Of a DNA stretch of 64,000 bases, positions 28,001 to 39,100 are shown one piece after another. Each line of letters opens with the position of its first letter. Position 1 is the first letter of the stretch. The translations under genes and the position numbers were made by a program. This DNA is from Phoronis australis. Taxonomy: Eukaryota > Animalia > Phoronida. The stretch lies in assembly GCA_002633005.1 (NCBI GenBank), contig NMRA01000038.1, forward strand, positions 242,410 to 306,409. Direction: 5' to 3'. The notes under the pieces were generated by a model. That model was not told the DNA's origin, ran no database searches, and was given only the letters and a program-made list of their open reading frames with translations.

Positions 28001-28456
28001 CATGATAAAGAACATTCCATAATGCAACCTTTTGTAGCGCTGTGAAAGAGTGTAATAAACCACAGCCAAAAGTAAATAGATGCTCCACAGTTTTGCGAAC
28101 AGGCTGCCGAAGAAAAATCTACCGTAGTTTGTGTCAAGCCTACATCGGCTTTATTTTTCCACGATAAGACAGATACCTTAACACTTTCTATCTCTTTTAA
28201 GCAATCACTGTGCTCAGAAATGACGGAAGAGTTACGCTTCGCTCTACGGTGCGTTGGCTCAGATAAGAAGTCGAGAGTGAAAAGATCTTGCTCGGGTTGT
28301 AAGAAACTTGGAGAACAACATTCTCACAATGGTGACATAACCCAAACGGAAGTGATTAACGGGTTAATACCGCTTTCAGAAAGGCCGCATCAAGATAGGG
28401 ACGGGATGGCGACTCGAGTTTACCTCGATCGTCGAGGGGATGAGTATGCGGTTTAA
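9851..28456 (+). CDS. GRIK: Gene A: kainate-like ionotropic glutamate receptor subunit, spliced CDS (13 visible exons, 5' exon not located, one exon truncated by gap)
   Basis: GT-AG exons join in frame into ATD, S1 ([28 protein letters not shown]), M1, pore (LMQQGSD), M3 ([11 protein letters not shown]), S2 (MESTT, GYGIATP), M4 and C-tail. Kainate-type motifs [14 protein letters not shown] and GSPYRD are present. Confidence 0.93.
11461..12030. mobile_element. 570-bp MITE with CATAGA...TCTATG termini and 7-bp TSD (P-superfamily-like)
   Basis: gtgtaac at 11454-11460 and 12031-12037; TIR catagagtatag versus catagattacag. Confidence 0.7.
13338..13867. mobile_element. ~0.5-kb MITE of the GGTTATG family (copy 1), inserted in a palindromic element spanning ~13247-13947
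   Basis: ggttatgtaggac...gtcctacatagtc termini; subterminal similarity to the 30247 copy. Confidence 0.6.
14884..15144 (+). CDS. Gene A ATD exon ([15 protein letters not shown]...[10 protein letters not shown]...FGDGH)
   Basis: ttccag acceptor, g|gtaagt donor; conserved ATD Cys pair and IPH motif. Confidence 0.9.
16655..16827 (+). CDS. Gene A ATD exon (GLFKLRGLI...TQTLLKV)
   Basis: tttcag acceptor, gtaagt donor, phase 1/0. Confidence 0.87.
16963..17312. mobile_element. Tc1/mariner-type MITE
   Basis: aaggtgtctcgaaaatgtactcacattt versus aaatgttagtacattttgagacaccttg followed by TA; left end degraded. Confidence 0.65.
17935..17988 (+). CDS. Gene A 54-nt ATD exon ([18 protein letters not shown])
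   Basis: atag acceptor, gtaagc donor; same length and position as gene B exon 51367-51420. Confidence 0.85.
18333..18500 (+). CDS. Gene A ATD exon ([17 protein letters not shown]...NDRIR)
   Basis: cgcag acceptor, agg|gtgtgt donor; 168 nt, same length as gene B counterpart. Confidence 0.85.
19447..19620 (+). CDS. Gene A ATD exon ([10 protein letters not shown]...[13 protein letters not shown])
   Basis: cttcag acceptor, gtcagt donor; ALxxDAV and W-x-x-G-x-S-L motifs. Confidence 0.9.
20030..20134 (+). CDS. Gene A ATD exon ([12 protein letters not shown]...EDMTF)
   Basis: tttag acceptor, gtaagt donor; GLTG motif; 105 nt as in gene B. Confidence 0.88.
20853..20975 (+). CDS. Gene A ATD-S1 linker exon (IGNWNSS...[10 protein letters not shown])
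   Basis: cgtag acceptor, gtaagt donor; IGxW and NKTLIVT motifs. Confidence 0.9.
23126..23335 (+). CDS. Gene A S1 exon (EQPYVMRK...EGFCIDLL...[11 protein letters not shown])
   Basis: tttcag acceptor, gtgagc donor; canonical S1 motifs. Confidence 0.93.
24330..24893 (+). CDS. Gene A S1-M1-M2-M3-S2 exon (KADMALG...MQQG...SYTANLAAF...TKTFFN)
   Basis: ttgcag acceptor, gtaagt donor; 564 nt open frame containing the channel core. Confidence 0.95.
25798..25810 (+). promoter_or_regulatory. Overlapping ETS/CRE motif CCGGAAGTGACGT upstream of the THAP ORF
   Basis: Motif match ~130 bp 5' of ATG 25940. Confidence 0.35.
25940..26471 (+). CDS. THAP-domain (C2CH zinc finger) ORF, probably the N-terminus of a DNA-transposon protein, truncated at assembly N; lies in a gene A intron
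   Basis: [10 protein letters not shown]...HRFP...W...RVCGKHF...[11 protein letters not shown] matches the THAP signature (C-x4-C, P, W, CxxHF, AVPTIF-like box), followed by an S/T/P-rich linker. Confidence 0.85.
26473..26653 (+). CDS. Gene A S2 exon, 5' part lost at N26472 ([18 protein letters not shown]...MESTT...GYGIATPIG)
   Basis: S2 motifs begin right after the N; g|gtaatt donor in phase 1; about 15 codons missing relative to gene B. Confidence 0.88.
27518..27780 (+). CDS. Gene A S2-M4 exon (GSPYRDSL...KWW...NVGGIFVVL...RADK)
   Basis: aacag acceptor, aag|gtatgt donor. Confidence 0.93.
28202..28456 (+). CDS. Gene A terminal exon ([17 protein letters not shown]...GDEYAV*)
   Basis: Polypyrimidine tract plus aag acceptor; homologous to gene B last exon ([17 protein letters not shown]); TAA stop. 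Confidence 0.88.
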   Translation, partial: QSLCSEMTEELRFALRCVGSDKKSRVKRSCSGCKKLGEQHSHNGDITQTEVINGLIPLSERPHQDRDGMATRVYLDRRGDEYAV

Positions 28457-30246
28457 ACTTCTGCTGGTGTTGTTTGTGTGTGTGCGTTCAGTCTGGAAGC
28501 TGCAGTGCGTTTGTATCAAATTATCGTGTCTTCCAGAAGTACTCATTGCGCAATCTCACGATTAGGAATGTAATCGGAAGTGAGTATCTTCCTGTGCTTT
28601 TGAGATACATGTAAGCACAGATGTCCTAATTTTAGAGTAAAACTTAACATTATTGTTATATTGTTATTTAGCGAAGACGACTTTTATTGTTTATCAGTTT
28701 TAGTGAGTCTTCTTTTACTGTCTGATTCGAGCCGGAATCTGTGCCTAACACAACAGCAGCAATTTCCTTAGAGGCAAACGTGTTCTTTTTTCACCACGCA
28801 AGCTACTCAACTAACACATCGTCGTGTATGACACTGCTAGTTGAACGAAAACAATATTCGTCGAGTCTTTGAGGAAGTTATTGCGTAGTGATGTCCGACG
28901 ACGAATCCCCGTGTTTCTACTGCACCAACAAGAAAATTTTCATCCCAGTGTAAGGTAAAACAAATAGGATGAACCTAAAACTCAACGTGTAAAATGAATG
29001 TACAAGGATCTCTAGCATAGACAATGTGTTTCTCCGGTCTTTGCCGAACACGTTCTGCACAGTGACTCGATCATTTGGAACAAGTCGTACATTTCCCCAG
29101 CCTATTTCCCATCTTAGGAGGACACCTGCGCATGTGCAGACTTCAGTCATACGATATGGCATGTGACTTCCCAATTGAATAATGGGTGGTTGCATGGCTG
29201 AGGTTTGCACATGTGTAGATAAAGCTCACCTCTGAGGCTATGAAAATAGTCGGGGTATTCCGAGTGCGAATCAGTATGAGAAGCAAGCGATAATGGTTGA
29301 TGACAACAGAGGTCGTACTCGTTTCTTGATTCACAGAGATTTAAGTAAAGGACACGTTGATGTTTGCTTCTGATTTGTGTCTTACGATATGAGATTATAG
29401 GAACAAGGTAAATTGTCCACGCTATATTGTTTGTTATCGAAGGCCTTCGTGTTTTGTAAACGAGAAACGCACAACCCACACGGCGTTCAAATAAATTTTT
29501 GTACTCGTCTGGAGATTGCGAAAGGAGATCCCAAGATTGTTTTTACTGAACACATAATTGATGTATTTATCATTTGATTGGGATTAATACCATTATTTTT
29601 CATGGGATCATTCAATAAATAAGTTGAATTAACGAAACAAAACGGTTCAGAATTGTCATACATAAAATCACAATGTATACATATCACAACAACATTGGGC
29701 GACTACATACGTGTAAGCTGCTGTCTTCTGAAGTTACCCTTCGGCTTTCTGTAAACAAGTTTGCATATTTCTATTTATTTCTAGACGTTTGTTTGGCATT
29801 TCACATCCTTTTCTATGAGTGTTTCGCACTCATACGTTAGCATTTCTGAGCTATATGTTCACAGACCCTTTCCCAACCTGAAGCGCTTCTCCTTCTCCGC
29901 ATGAAGAGCCTCAAAGTAATCTGCAATTATTTAAAAAGATGATATTTTCTGTTTCGCGCAATACAAAGTTTTGATGAAGAACTCCTAAACATGCCGGTAA
30001 TTAATTCGTATTATTTATTGAATTTCTCCCGTACATGGTGACATTTTTGAGTTGACTTTTTATTATTTATAACTTGTTTTGATTTGTTTATATGCCGATG
30101 GGCTATAATGAGTAGATGCGTTATGTGCTTTTTGGAATTTTACGCCAGTGCTGCTGATTAAAATGGTTGTGTTTGTTGGTATTTGAAGAAGTTGGCAAAA
30201 TGTTTGCGATGTTTTGCGATGGTGAACATTTGAGGACTAAATTTAA

Positions 30247-30749
30247 GGTTATGAATGACCCAGAAAATGTCCATAATTTGGCCATCTTTGAAAAATGATA
30301 TCTTAGAAGCGGCTGATTTGATTTATATGAAACTTTCAGATGCAATGTTTTATGCTGCACTGTTATTCAAAAGCTTTAAGGAGTTGTTTTTAAAATGTTC
30401 CAATTTTGTATGAGGAGCTCTCAAAATTGAACTTTTATTATTTTCGTGAAAAAAACTCAGAAGTTGCAAAACGAAATGCTAATTTTAGACAAATGTAACA
30501 GCGCTTTTGAGAGATCATCCGGGACATTTATATTGAACCAAATTTGATCATGTTATTATTTTTTGTTTTGCTAGCAATGCACCATTCATTTTGGCTAAAT
30601 TTTTCTGAAAACACATGATCACGTGACCCAAGTAATGGTAGATTATCACAAATCAAAATCCTCAGGTTTTCTACTTTCAGAAAATATTGCGAAGTGAATC
30701 TAGATATTTGGCTATATGTATAGATTTATCAGTAAGCTCCGCCATAACC
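30247..30749. mobile_element. ~0.5-kb MITE with TTAA TSD and GGTTATG...CATAACC termini (Kolobok-like), copy 2
   Basis: ttaa|ggttatg ... cataacc|ttaa. Confidence 0.7.
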
Positions 30750-32982
30750 TTAAGTGTCTTTAGCACATTTTTTTGATGTTTTGTTAGGGGAAGAGTTTGT
30801 CACTGTACCAAATTTACATATTTGTGTTTGCATGTTGGTTTGATGGTAATGTGTTTCAAGTCTGCTCGTGACCAAAGTTTCAATGGTCTGAGTGACTTGT
30901 TTAGTTTCAACCTTCAGTTGGTGTGAATTGTCACTAGCTTAAAACGAGATAAAATTTGGACGTGGTTTTAACGTTGATTGCACGTCTATTATTAAACTGA
31001 TGTTTTTTAACTTGGACGAAAGTTGTCAATATGCTTGATTACTGGCTGTTTCTTAAATGACGATCGCGTGAAAAATAACGGGACATTGCGTGGAAGATTA
31101 TTTCTCAAAGGTGTATATTTTGTATTTCTTCCGTATACCTAAACTCGCATGTGGGTGAGTTAAGTGGCGAACTTTCGGAACACGAGTCATGGATCCATTT
31201 TTAGTTTCCTCCAAATGCTCTTCACACCATGCCACGTCATTGCTGCGTTCATTGACCTAATTATTAATAAGTTAGAAACGTTACGTGCGCAATGGATTGT
31301 GGGGATTTGAGGCCTCGAAATGGCGAGATATCAAGGATATAGCATGGGGGAGCTAAACTCCATTTTTAAGGTGACATGTTCGTGTAACCCCATTTGACCC
31401 TGTCTCTCCTAGATGTGCTTATGGAAACAGTTGAAACATACATGAGACAAGAAGGGCTGCATATCCCACAATCCTCTATTTCGGGATGTGTTTTCCTCTA
31501 TCTGTAAACAGTCCGGATTATGTAAGAAATTATGTTGTTATTTGCCCCCTTATGCGAAAACGATGGTACGTAGATAGTAGGACCAAAATGTAATCAATGC
31601 CAGGTATATGTAGCTACCTGGCAAAGTTTGTGGACAAGGTAACAGTTATATCAACGCTACTTACTGCCAATGTTCCTAATATGTGTACCATGTTCGAACA
31701 GAGAGCCCGGATGCGTTCAGAAGTTCGGCGAGACCACGCTGTTTCTTCGCTGGATGGCGCTATGCATTATAACACAAGCTGATCTGGCTGTAGATGTCGC
31801 TAGTATGTACAAGCGTTATTGAACATGCTCAGAGCAACAAATTGAAACTTTTACTATCCCGTAAATATTGTTTATTGTTAAGACGTGGTGTTATTCCTGA
31901 TATTTACGTTGCGGATAATTAAATTTTGCGTCGAAACGATTTATAGTATTCGAAACGATGTCATTGCTTTAATTTTAAAAATCAAATGTACTGTTTTTTG
32001 GTATTGCTGTATAGTGTTACGTCGATCCAACAAGGCAGTTTTATTGATTCCATCCAATGGATTTTTATTTCAAAGTTGGAGTATCGGTTATTTTGTTCAG
32101 ATTAAAGTTTCTGTATTGTAATCATGAACATCTTATCAAATGTAAGTTTGGCATTGTTCTTGCTGTGATCCAATCGAAGTTTGCAGCAACCTACCACCAG
32201 GAAGCGTACCACGTGACTTCATCAGGACTGCTTTCCGAAGAGGAAGTTTCTTGCGAGAAAAACGAGGTCACGCACGTCCTTTTGAGATATCATCGTGTCT
32301 TACAAGTCAACCACGTGATCACACTAGCTTTATTCGGGAGTGTCTTTCGTCTGTGGAAAATGTTCCAGCTTTTTGAAGCTGTGTTCCTTTGACATCGGCA
32401 TTACTCGTTGTACTTGTTTATGGGCTCCCGGAGCAGAAATCAGGGTTAATTTTGTATCAGTGAGGATCCACCAGTAGGCAATGCAAACTAACCATCAGTG
32501 ATGGTCATTATTTATTGAAGTTATGGCGTACCTTTGGCACTTGTTGGTGAACTCTTTTTTGTGTGATTATGGTGAGACGGTTATTGAATTCATACAGTGT
32601 ATGTGTATGTGATGACTTTTGTCGTTTTAAGGTTTTTTCTACAGTGTTACGCTGGTCTTGATTTGTGTCTAGCCTATATGAAACCATTGCTGTCCTCACC
32701 TGTAGGGCCCTTAACTTAAACCGTGACGTAGGTACTTTTTAGTCTATACAACAAACGTGGTTTTAGCTCGAGATTATTGTTAGGTAGGCATATGTTGATT
32801 GTGATTTCTACATTTGTATTATACAACAATACCCTAGTAGTGAAGAGATGAGATAAAAAGTAATGTTTGTAATTAACGCGCTGGTTCCGCATTAAATGTT
32901 TACATTGTAACTGATCTTGTCTTTATGTCTTCTGATCTTAGGCTCATTGTCTAGGGTAGCGTTTTGTATCCCTACCACTTCT

Positions 32983-33142
32983 CAGAGTCGGATCCAGGAT
33001 TTTGAGTTAGGGGTGCCAGCGTAGAGTATTAGCCAGGATTTTGCCCGTCAGACATTCGCACCCCCCAACTGCCAAATTTAATCTGGGAGAATTTTAGGGG
33101 GTCCATGGCTCCCGTACCCCCCCCCCCCTAAATCCGCCACTG
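32983..33142. mobile_element. Short CAG...CTG-terminated MITE-like element
   Basis: cagagtcggatccagg...cctaaatccgccactg with G/C runs; a similar cagtggcg...cgccactg element lies at 18826-18897. Confidence 0.5.
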
Positions 33143-33865
33143 CTTCCACCCAGTTTCACTCTACACTGGTTAAAGTCTGCACGCACATGTACCAAACTTT
33201 AATTACGTGACCGAACATGGGAGTTGGCTGATGGTTTGGCTCCGTTTGCCAACCAATTGATGAAATTGCTCAACTCCGCCTATCTGTTTGGTCGTGTTCC
33301 GGGTCGAGTTTGACTGGAGCCCGCCTTCCGGCCAACCGACTAGAGCGACGTCTTTCGTGAAAATGTCAAACTTTGACTTTTGATTTAGGTTACCAACCGT
33401 TGTAAAACTGACGTGACTCAAATTAGATGTTATTTCTGGGTTTAGATTTGGGGAAGAATACACATTTTTTTAATGTTTATTATGAAATAGTCAGTACAAT
33501 AAATATACAGACCCAGAAAGCGCCAAGAGACATTGTATCTGAGGTAAATAAATACAAAGAAATCTATATACAATTGTATACAAATGCATAAATTAATAAG
33601 CTGGTGTTAAGAATACAATAACATATGATTACCATTATAAATAAATCCTTTTCATACACAATAAGTTATTTTTCATGTATACGAGTTTATCGACACACAC
33701 AAAGAGATTTAATATTAAAAAGAAACTTTGAAACTATTTCGAATAAAACCTTATTTTCATCTAGGTCGAGTTCTTTACATTCATTTAGAAAAACATTAAT
33801 TTTGTTTTGCGTTTGAGGAAGATCTAAATATTTTTGTGAACACTGGGGTATTGTTCGAGTGTATG

Positions 33866-35153
33866 GAAAAGCTGAGAACACACAGTTAGCTATAGCGCAT
33901 CTGAATGAATTGCTTTTTCATACTTTTCAAGTGATTTCTTGCGCCAGTGATTAAACAAGCCTAGGTCAGTTTTACTGGGGTCTAAATCAAGATAGTTTCT
34001 TGTCCGAAAGGAGGGTTTATAGAAACTTTAATTTGCGCATGTCAAACATGGCGAACTCTGCCCATACGTAAATCTCGTGCCAAGAATTGCTTTACCTCAA
34101 ACTCCAACTGCTGCCTGGTGCTTTGGTAATTACTCCAATTATGTTGCACACCCAGCAGAATTAATGAGGATCATATTATTACAACATTGGTTGTAAAAGT
34201 CACATTTCTTGTCCAGTTTTCGAAATTCAAGAACTTAACCACGTGTGCTCTTTTCAACTATGGCACAAACTTTCAAAACGAATTTAAATAATTATACTAT
34301 TGTTGCCCCTAATATGTTTATGACGTTTCATTTTCTAGAGCATTAACATCAGCAGCCTGAGGTGATTAAATTAACCACAACAGCACGTTGTCTTTGATCT
34401 AAACCGCCAAATTATGTGCTGAGAAAACCGGTCGTGATGTTTCATCTCTACCGGTTAGGGCGTCAACGTACGATTCTTTTCAAACATCTTGAGCACCCCC
34501 CGAGCACCCTCCGAGCACNGAAAAGCTGAGAACACACAGTTAGCTATAGCGCATCTGAATGAATTGCTTTTTCATACTTTTCAAGTGATTTCTTGCGCCA
34601 GTGATTAAACAAGCCTAGGTCAGTTTTACTGGGGTCTAAATCAAGATAGTTTCTTGTGCGAAAGGAGGGTTTATAGAAACTTTAATTTGCGCATGTCAAA
34701 AATGGCGAACTCTTCCCATACGTAAATCTTATGCCAAGAATTGGTTTACCTCCAACTCCAACTGCTGCCTGGTGCTTTGGTAATTAGTCCAATTATGTTG
34801 CACACCCAGCAGAATTAATGAGGATCATATTATTACAACATTAGGTTGTAAAAGTCACATTTCTTGTCCAGTTTTCGAAATTCAAAAACTTAACCACGTG
34901 TGCTCTTTTCAACTATGGCACAAACTTTCAAAACGAATTTAAATATACTATTGTTGCCCCTAATATGTTTATGACGTTACATTTTCTAGAGCATTAACAT
35001 CAGCAGCCTGAGGTGATTAAATTAAGCACAACAGCACGTTGTCTTTGATCTAAACCTCCAAATTATGTGTTGAGAAAACCGGTCGTGATGTTCCATCTCG
35101 ACCGGTTACGGTGTCAACGTAAGATTCTTTTCAAACATCTTGAGCACCCCCCC
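33866..35153. repeat. ~635-bp direct duplication across N34519 (probable uncollapsed haplotypes)
   Basis: 33866-34501 nearly matches 34520-35153, with scattered SNPs and indels. Confidence 0.85.
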
Positions 35154-35942
35154 GGTAGGTTAACAACGTCCATGATTTTCGCTTAGAAGCTGCCATATGT
35201 AATGTTCATGAATAGTCTTGAAACATTTGGTTAAACTAATTGGACTTGTTCTTTGCAAATGACAGAAGAAAACACATTGCAGATCATAGCAAATCTGAGA
35301 ACATAGGGTTAAAAAGACCTAGTTCTTTGCAGAACGAAACGCTTCACATACTTGAAGCAAGAAGTGAGTAAGCTGGTTTTATTAAAAGCATACATTACAA
35401 GTAGTTATCTACACAACTAGTTAAAATCGATAATTTCATACTTCCTTAAAAATAAAAAACGTGTAGGAAAGCCAATACCGCTTTCCCTCATTTCCAAAAC
35501 ACACGTTCCACACATGTCATCACAAAATTGTTTCTTCACTATCGGTCGAGATGAACCATACGTTTTGAACATCCATCGTCAATAGAAACCGTTATGAACT
35601 AGTGGATGTATGCTTCACAAAGACCTTGATCTCTGTACACTATGCACTCAGTATTTAAACGGAGGAAGCACAAAGCAGGGGAGAGTTTTGTAACTCTAGT
35701 CAGTCGCGAGACACTGACTTCAAGACATACTGGCTTGTAAAACGGTGTTTGCACAGAGTTCACTGCAAGCACAGGTTTATTTAGTAATTCAACATTAATG
35801 TCGATCAAACTAACCATGTTTTGTTAGTGCAGGTCAACAACTTTGCGAGCTCTCTCGCGATACATTAGCCTTTTACTTCTTGATCTCGCGAGATCTCGTC
35901 AATCTGATCGTCAGAAACTAGCCTTGTGGGTATATCATAAGC

Positions 35943-36128
35943 CTAAGATATTATGTCCTTTCCGGGAATCTTCGTGTGCAAGCCGGCTGAGGCAGTCAGA
36001 GGGATGAGAGTCATACCATTGTCTACAAGATTCGAGATTCGTTTCTTTTTCTTCACTGGTTTCTTGGTTGAACCCATACAGCGAACAGCGAACCGTAGCT
36101 CCTCCAACATTTCCGACCAGAGTGATTG
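35943..36128 (-). CDS. Gene B terminal exon ([30 protein letters not shown]...GKDIIS*)
   Basis: ttccag acceptor, TAG at 35945-35943; homologous to gene A last exon. Confidence 0.88.
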   Translation of the reverse strand, partial: QSLWSEMLEELRFAVRCMGSTKKPVKKKKRISNLVDNGMTLIPLTASAGLHTKIPGKDIIS

Positions 36129-39100
36129 CTGGAATTAGTAAACAGATCGTCACTGCAGATTAAGTAGATAGTCACAGTTCTCCCACAACTTTTGAAGGAG
36201 GAGTTGGTGGGCTTGCTCTATTTCGTCTTCCTTGTTACTTATTCAAGTTTACTGAAGACACTTTAAGGAAGGCGTGTAGGCCTATACAGTGCAAATCACA
36301 GAAAGGTCACGTTTAAACGTGTTAAGCGAATGTCTTTAACACGTTTCATGTTGCTGGACCTGAGAGTGCTTGGAAGAAAAGAATGAAACACGACAATAAT
36401 TGTTGTTTTCATTCAAACACTAATTTATTTTGACGCTTTGCCAACGATACGGTAAATTAACATTCAATCTGATAGTGAAATGATATATTATATATTAAAT
36501 ATATATAATGTATCTTGACCAATAAAGAGGCGATGCACTGAAACAAGCTTTGTCTTTTAAGATATTTCTGGACAACTGTTCGGAACCACCGACATTTCAT
36601 ATAAGATTTAAGACACTGGGATGCCGTCAAAATATGCACTGTTTGAGGCAGTCGGTTAACCCTGTTTAAGGGTTGGAAGTCCGTACATTGAAATTGTAAC
36701 TTAAATCAGATGCCACACACATCATACTCGAATTGCTCGTCAAACATTGAAAATGCTAAGTCTCGTTAAAACCGTGAATATTTAAATTTGAAGCAAGAGT
36801 CCCCTCGTGACTTCTTGGGCAACTGTGTATAAGTATAATCAGAGAAAGAAACAATTTGTAAATAAAATGCAATTTTAAAGAAAACACCACAACTGATACA
36901 TTTAAAAACAAGAGTGAGCATATAGAAAACCGAAGTAATTCCAGATATTACGCAATCGTTATTTGATAGTGAAATGAACCAATAATGAAAACTGTGCCTT
37001 TTTTCGTAAGGGAAACGGTGACATATTACCATGCACGTACTAGAGGCCGTCGTTTACGTTTTTTTTTACCATATTCAAAAGATAGTCTCACAAAACGAGA
37101 CTTTCGCGATTCTGTAAAAGATATTGGTTCTGGGATGGTTTCCGGCACACCGGTATACCCGGGTTTATTTGTAAACTTATGCTCCATTTGCATGTTCACA
37201 ATTTAATGAGCCTCGGGAATCGAAATTACGATCGCGTGAAGAAATATAACTGCAAAAATGATACGATGAATAAACTGCTCGGAAATCAAGCGCTTCATAA
37301 AGTTCGGTTTTTATTATTTGCTTGTCACTCCGCCGTTTTCGTTTTTCATTTTACCCAGCAGAGTGCTCGTGAACCAAACCATTCACTTAGCTCATTGGCT
37401 GGCATTAGGGTCACTTCATGACATCATTAGGTAAAAAACTGAGAAGTTGAAGACGGCAGCTGATTTGATTCGTCGATTTTACAGAAAGGTAAAAAGAGGC
37501 GAATTATAACAGGTAAGGTCCTTTGCGGTTCCCTAAACATGTCAAGGGAACTCAGCTTGATTAGTACTAACACACTGAGCAAGAATTTTCCTTCCATTCT
37601 TTTGGTTTATGTAATTTCATAAAGCCGTGCCGGTGGGTCATCGACTATGTTTAAGAGATGAGTACTGGCTGTGTTGTGTGGTCGCTATTCAAGTGATAAA
37701 CGCAAAAAGAAAAATCGCAAAATGTACGTAAATGAAAGAAATTTGATTTCCTCTTTGCTAACTCGACCTTCCATACCAGGAAGTAGATGTTTGTGTTTCC
37801 ACAACGCAAAAGAGTTGTGTGTTGGTTTTTCGCTATGGACACCTGCGCAATGGTTTCATTCCTCACCTTGTCTTCGTCGGCATTTTGCCTCGCGTTGACA
37901 ATGAACTCGATGAAGGCGACGATAACAGAAAAAGCCAATCCCCCCAGAAGCACGACAAACACGCCCCCTACGTTGTGCAGGTCGAGTCGTTCACTGCTGC
38001 CGCTGTTATCTTTAGAATCTATGGCTTCGCAAGTTTTGTTCGGTTTCCACCACTTCCGAACGAGGAGTTCTATTATCTGTTCCTCTTGAAGTTTGAGCAC
38101 CATATTTGACAACACGTCTGCGTACGGGGAACCTTTAATACAGTTATTCAGGTTCGCATAAAGATATGTGTTTTCATGGCAATCATCGACCGTGTGTTAC
38201 GAAATTTGCTGTTTGAAAATAAAAGCGAAAGAAATCTTCAATTGCATACAGTCCCATTAAATCTTCTAACATTAAATTTTTCCCTACGTCTGTCAATCAA
38301 AGGGACATCACTTTTGTACTCAGGCGCTAAGTCGTAAACCAGTTTACTTAGCCACACAAAATGTCTCAAACTTGTACGTCTGTACCATATGAAAACAATA
38401 TTTCCATCCACAAATGGATCACCCAATGCACCGTCAAGTAAAAAGGGTGTCCAAAGCCATCACTTTTGATAGGTTTGTCCAATCGGCCTCATAAAATCTA
38501 AATGCTTCATATCAATCGATGGTGATAGGTCAATTCCTTTTGAAGGTAGAATCGAATTGCTGTCGTGACAAAAAAATTAGTGAATCATAAAGGTCAGAGT
38601 TTAACATCTGATTTCATCATTTCCATGTTTACGTTTCACATAGCGAGGATACGCCTCTTTATCGCACAAGCAAGACGTGGATTACTTGTTTCATAAATGC
38701 TCACGGTGAATTCTTACCCCAAGGTACGCCGATGCCATATCCTTTGTTATCAAGCAGGCCTCCTATTCCCATCAGGTCGCAGTTCTCGGTAATCGCATAA
38801 TCCCTGTATGCAGATTCCATCAAAAATGCATAGTCATAATCCTGCCCTTCCGGTCCTATTGAGAAGCAAACCTTCAAGTTTCAAAACTGTCAATCAAAGC
38901 ACCATTGATTGCGTCCTTTCACAAGATTACGAAAGTTAAGAAAATGCATGAATTGAGTTATTGCGACAGAAATGTTTCATTAACTGGCACGAGAGACGGA
39001 TTTGAAACGTCTATAAACCTGAGTTCTGACAAAAAGTGAACGCTTGATTTTGACCATTTCTCGTAAATGAAATTGGTTTTCGGACGAGAACGGAATTTTG

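Noticed and set aside
26654-38717. Flip/flop-like mutually exclusive S2 exons
   Set aside because: No duplicate of the GSPY...KWW exon was seen in either gene.
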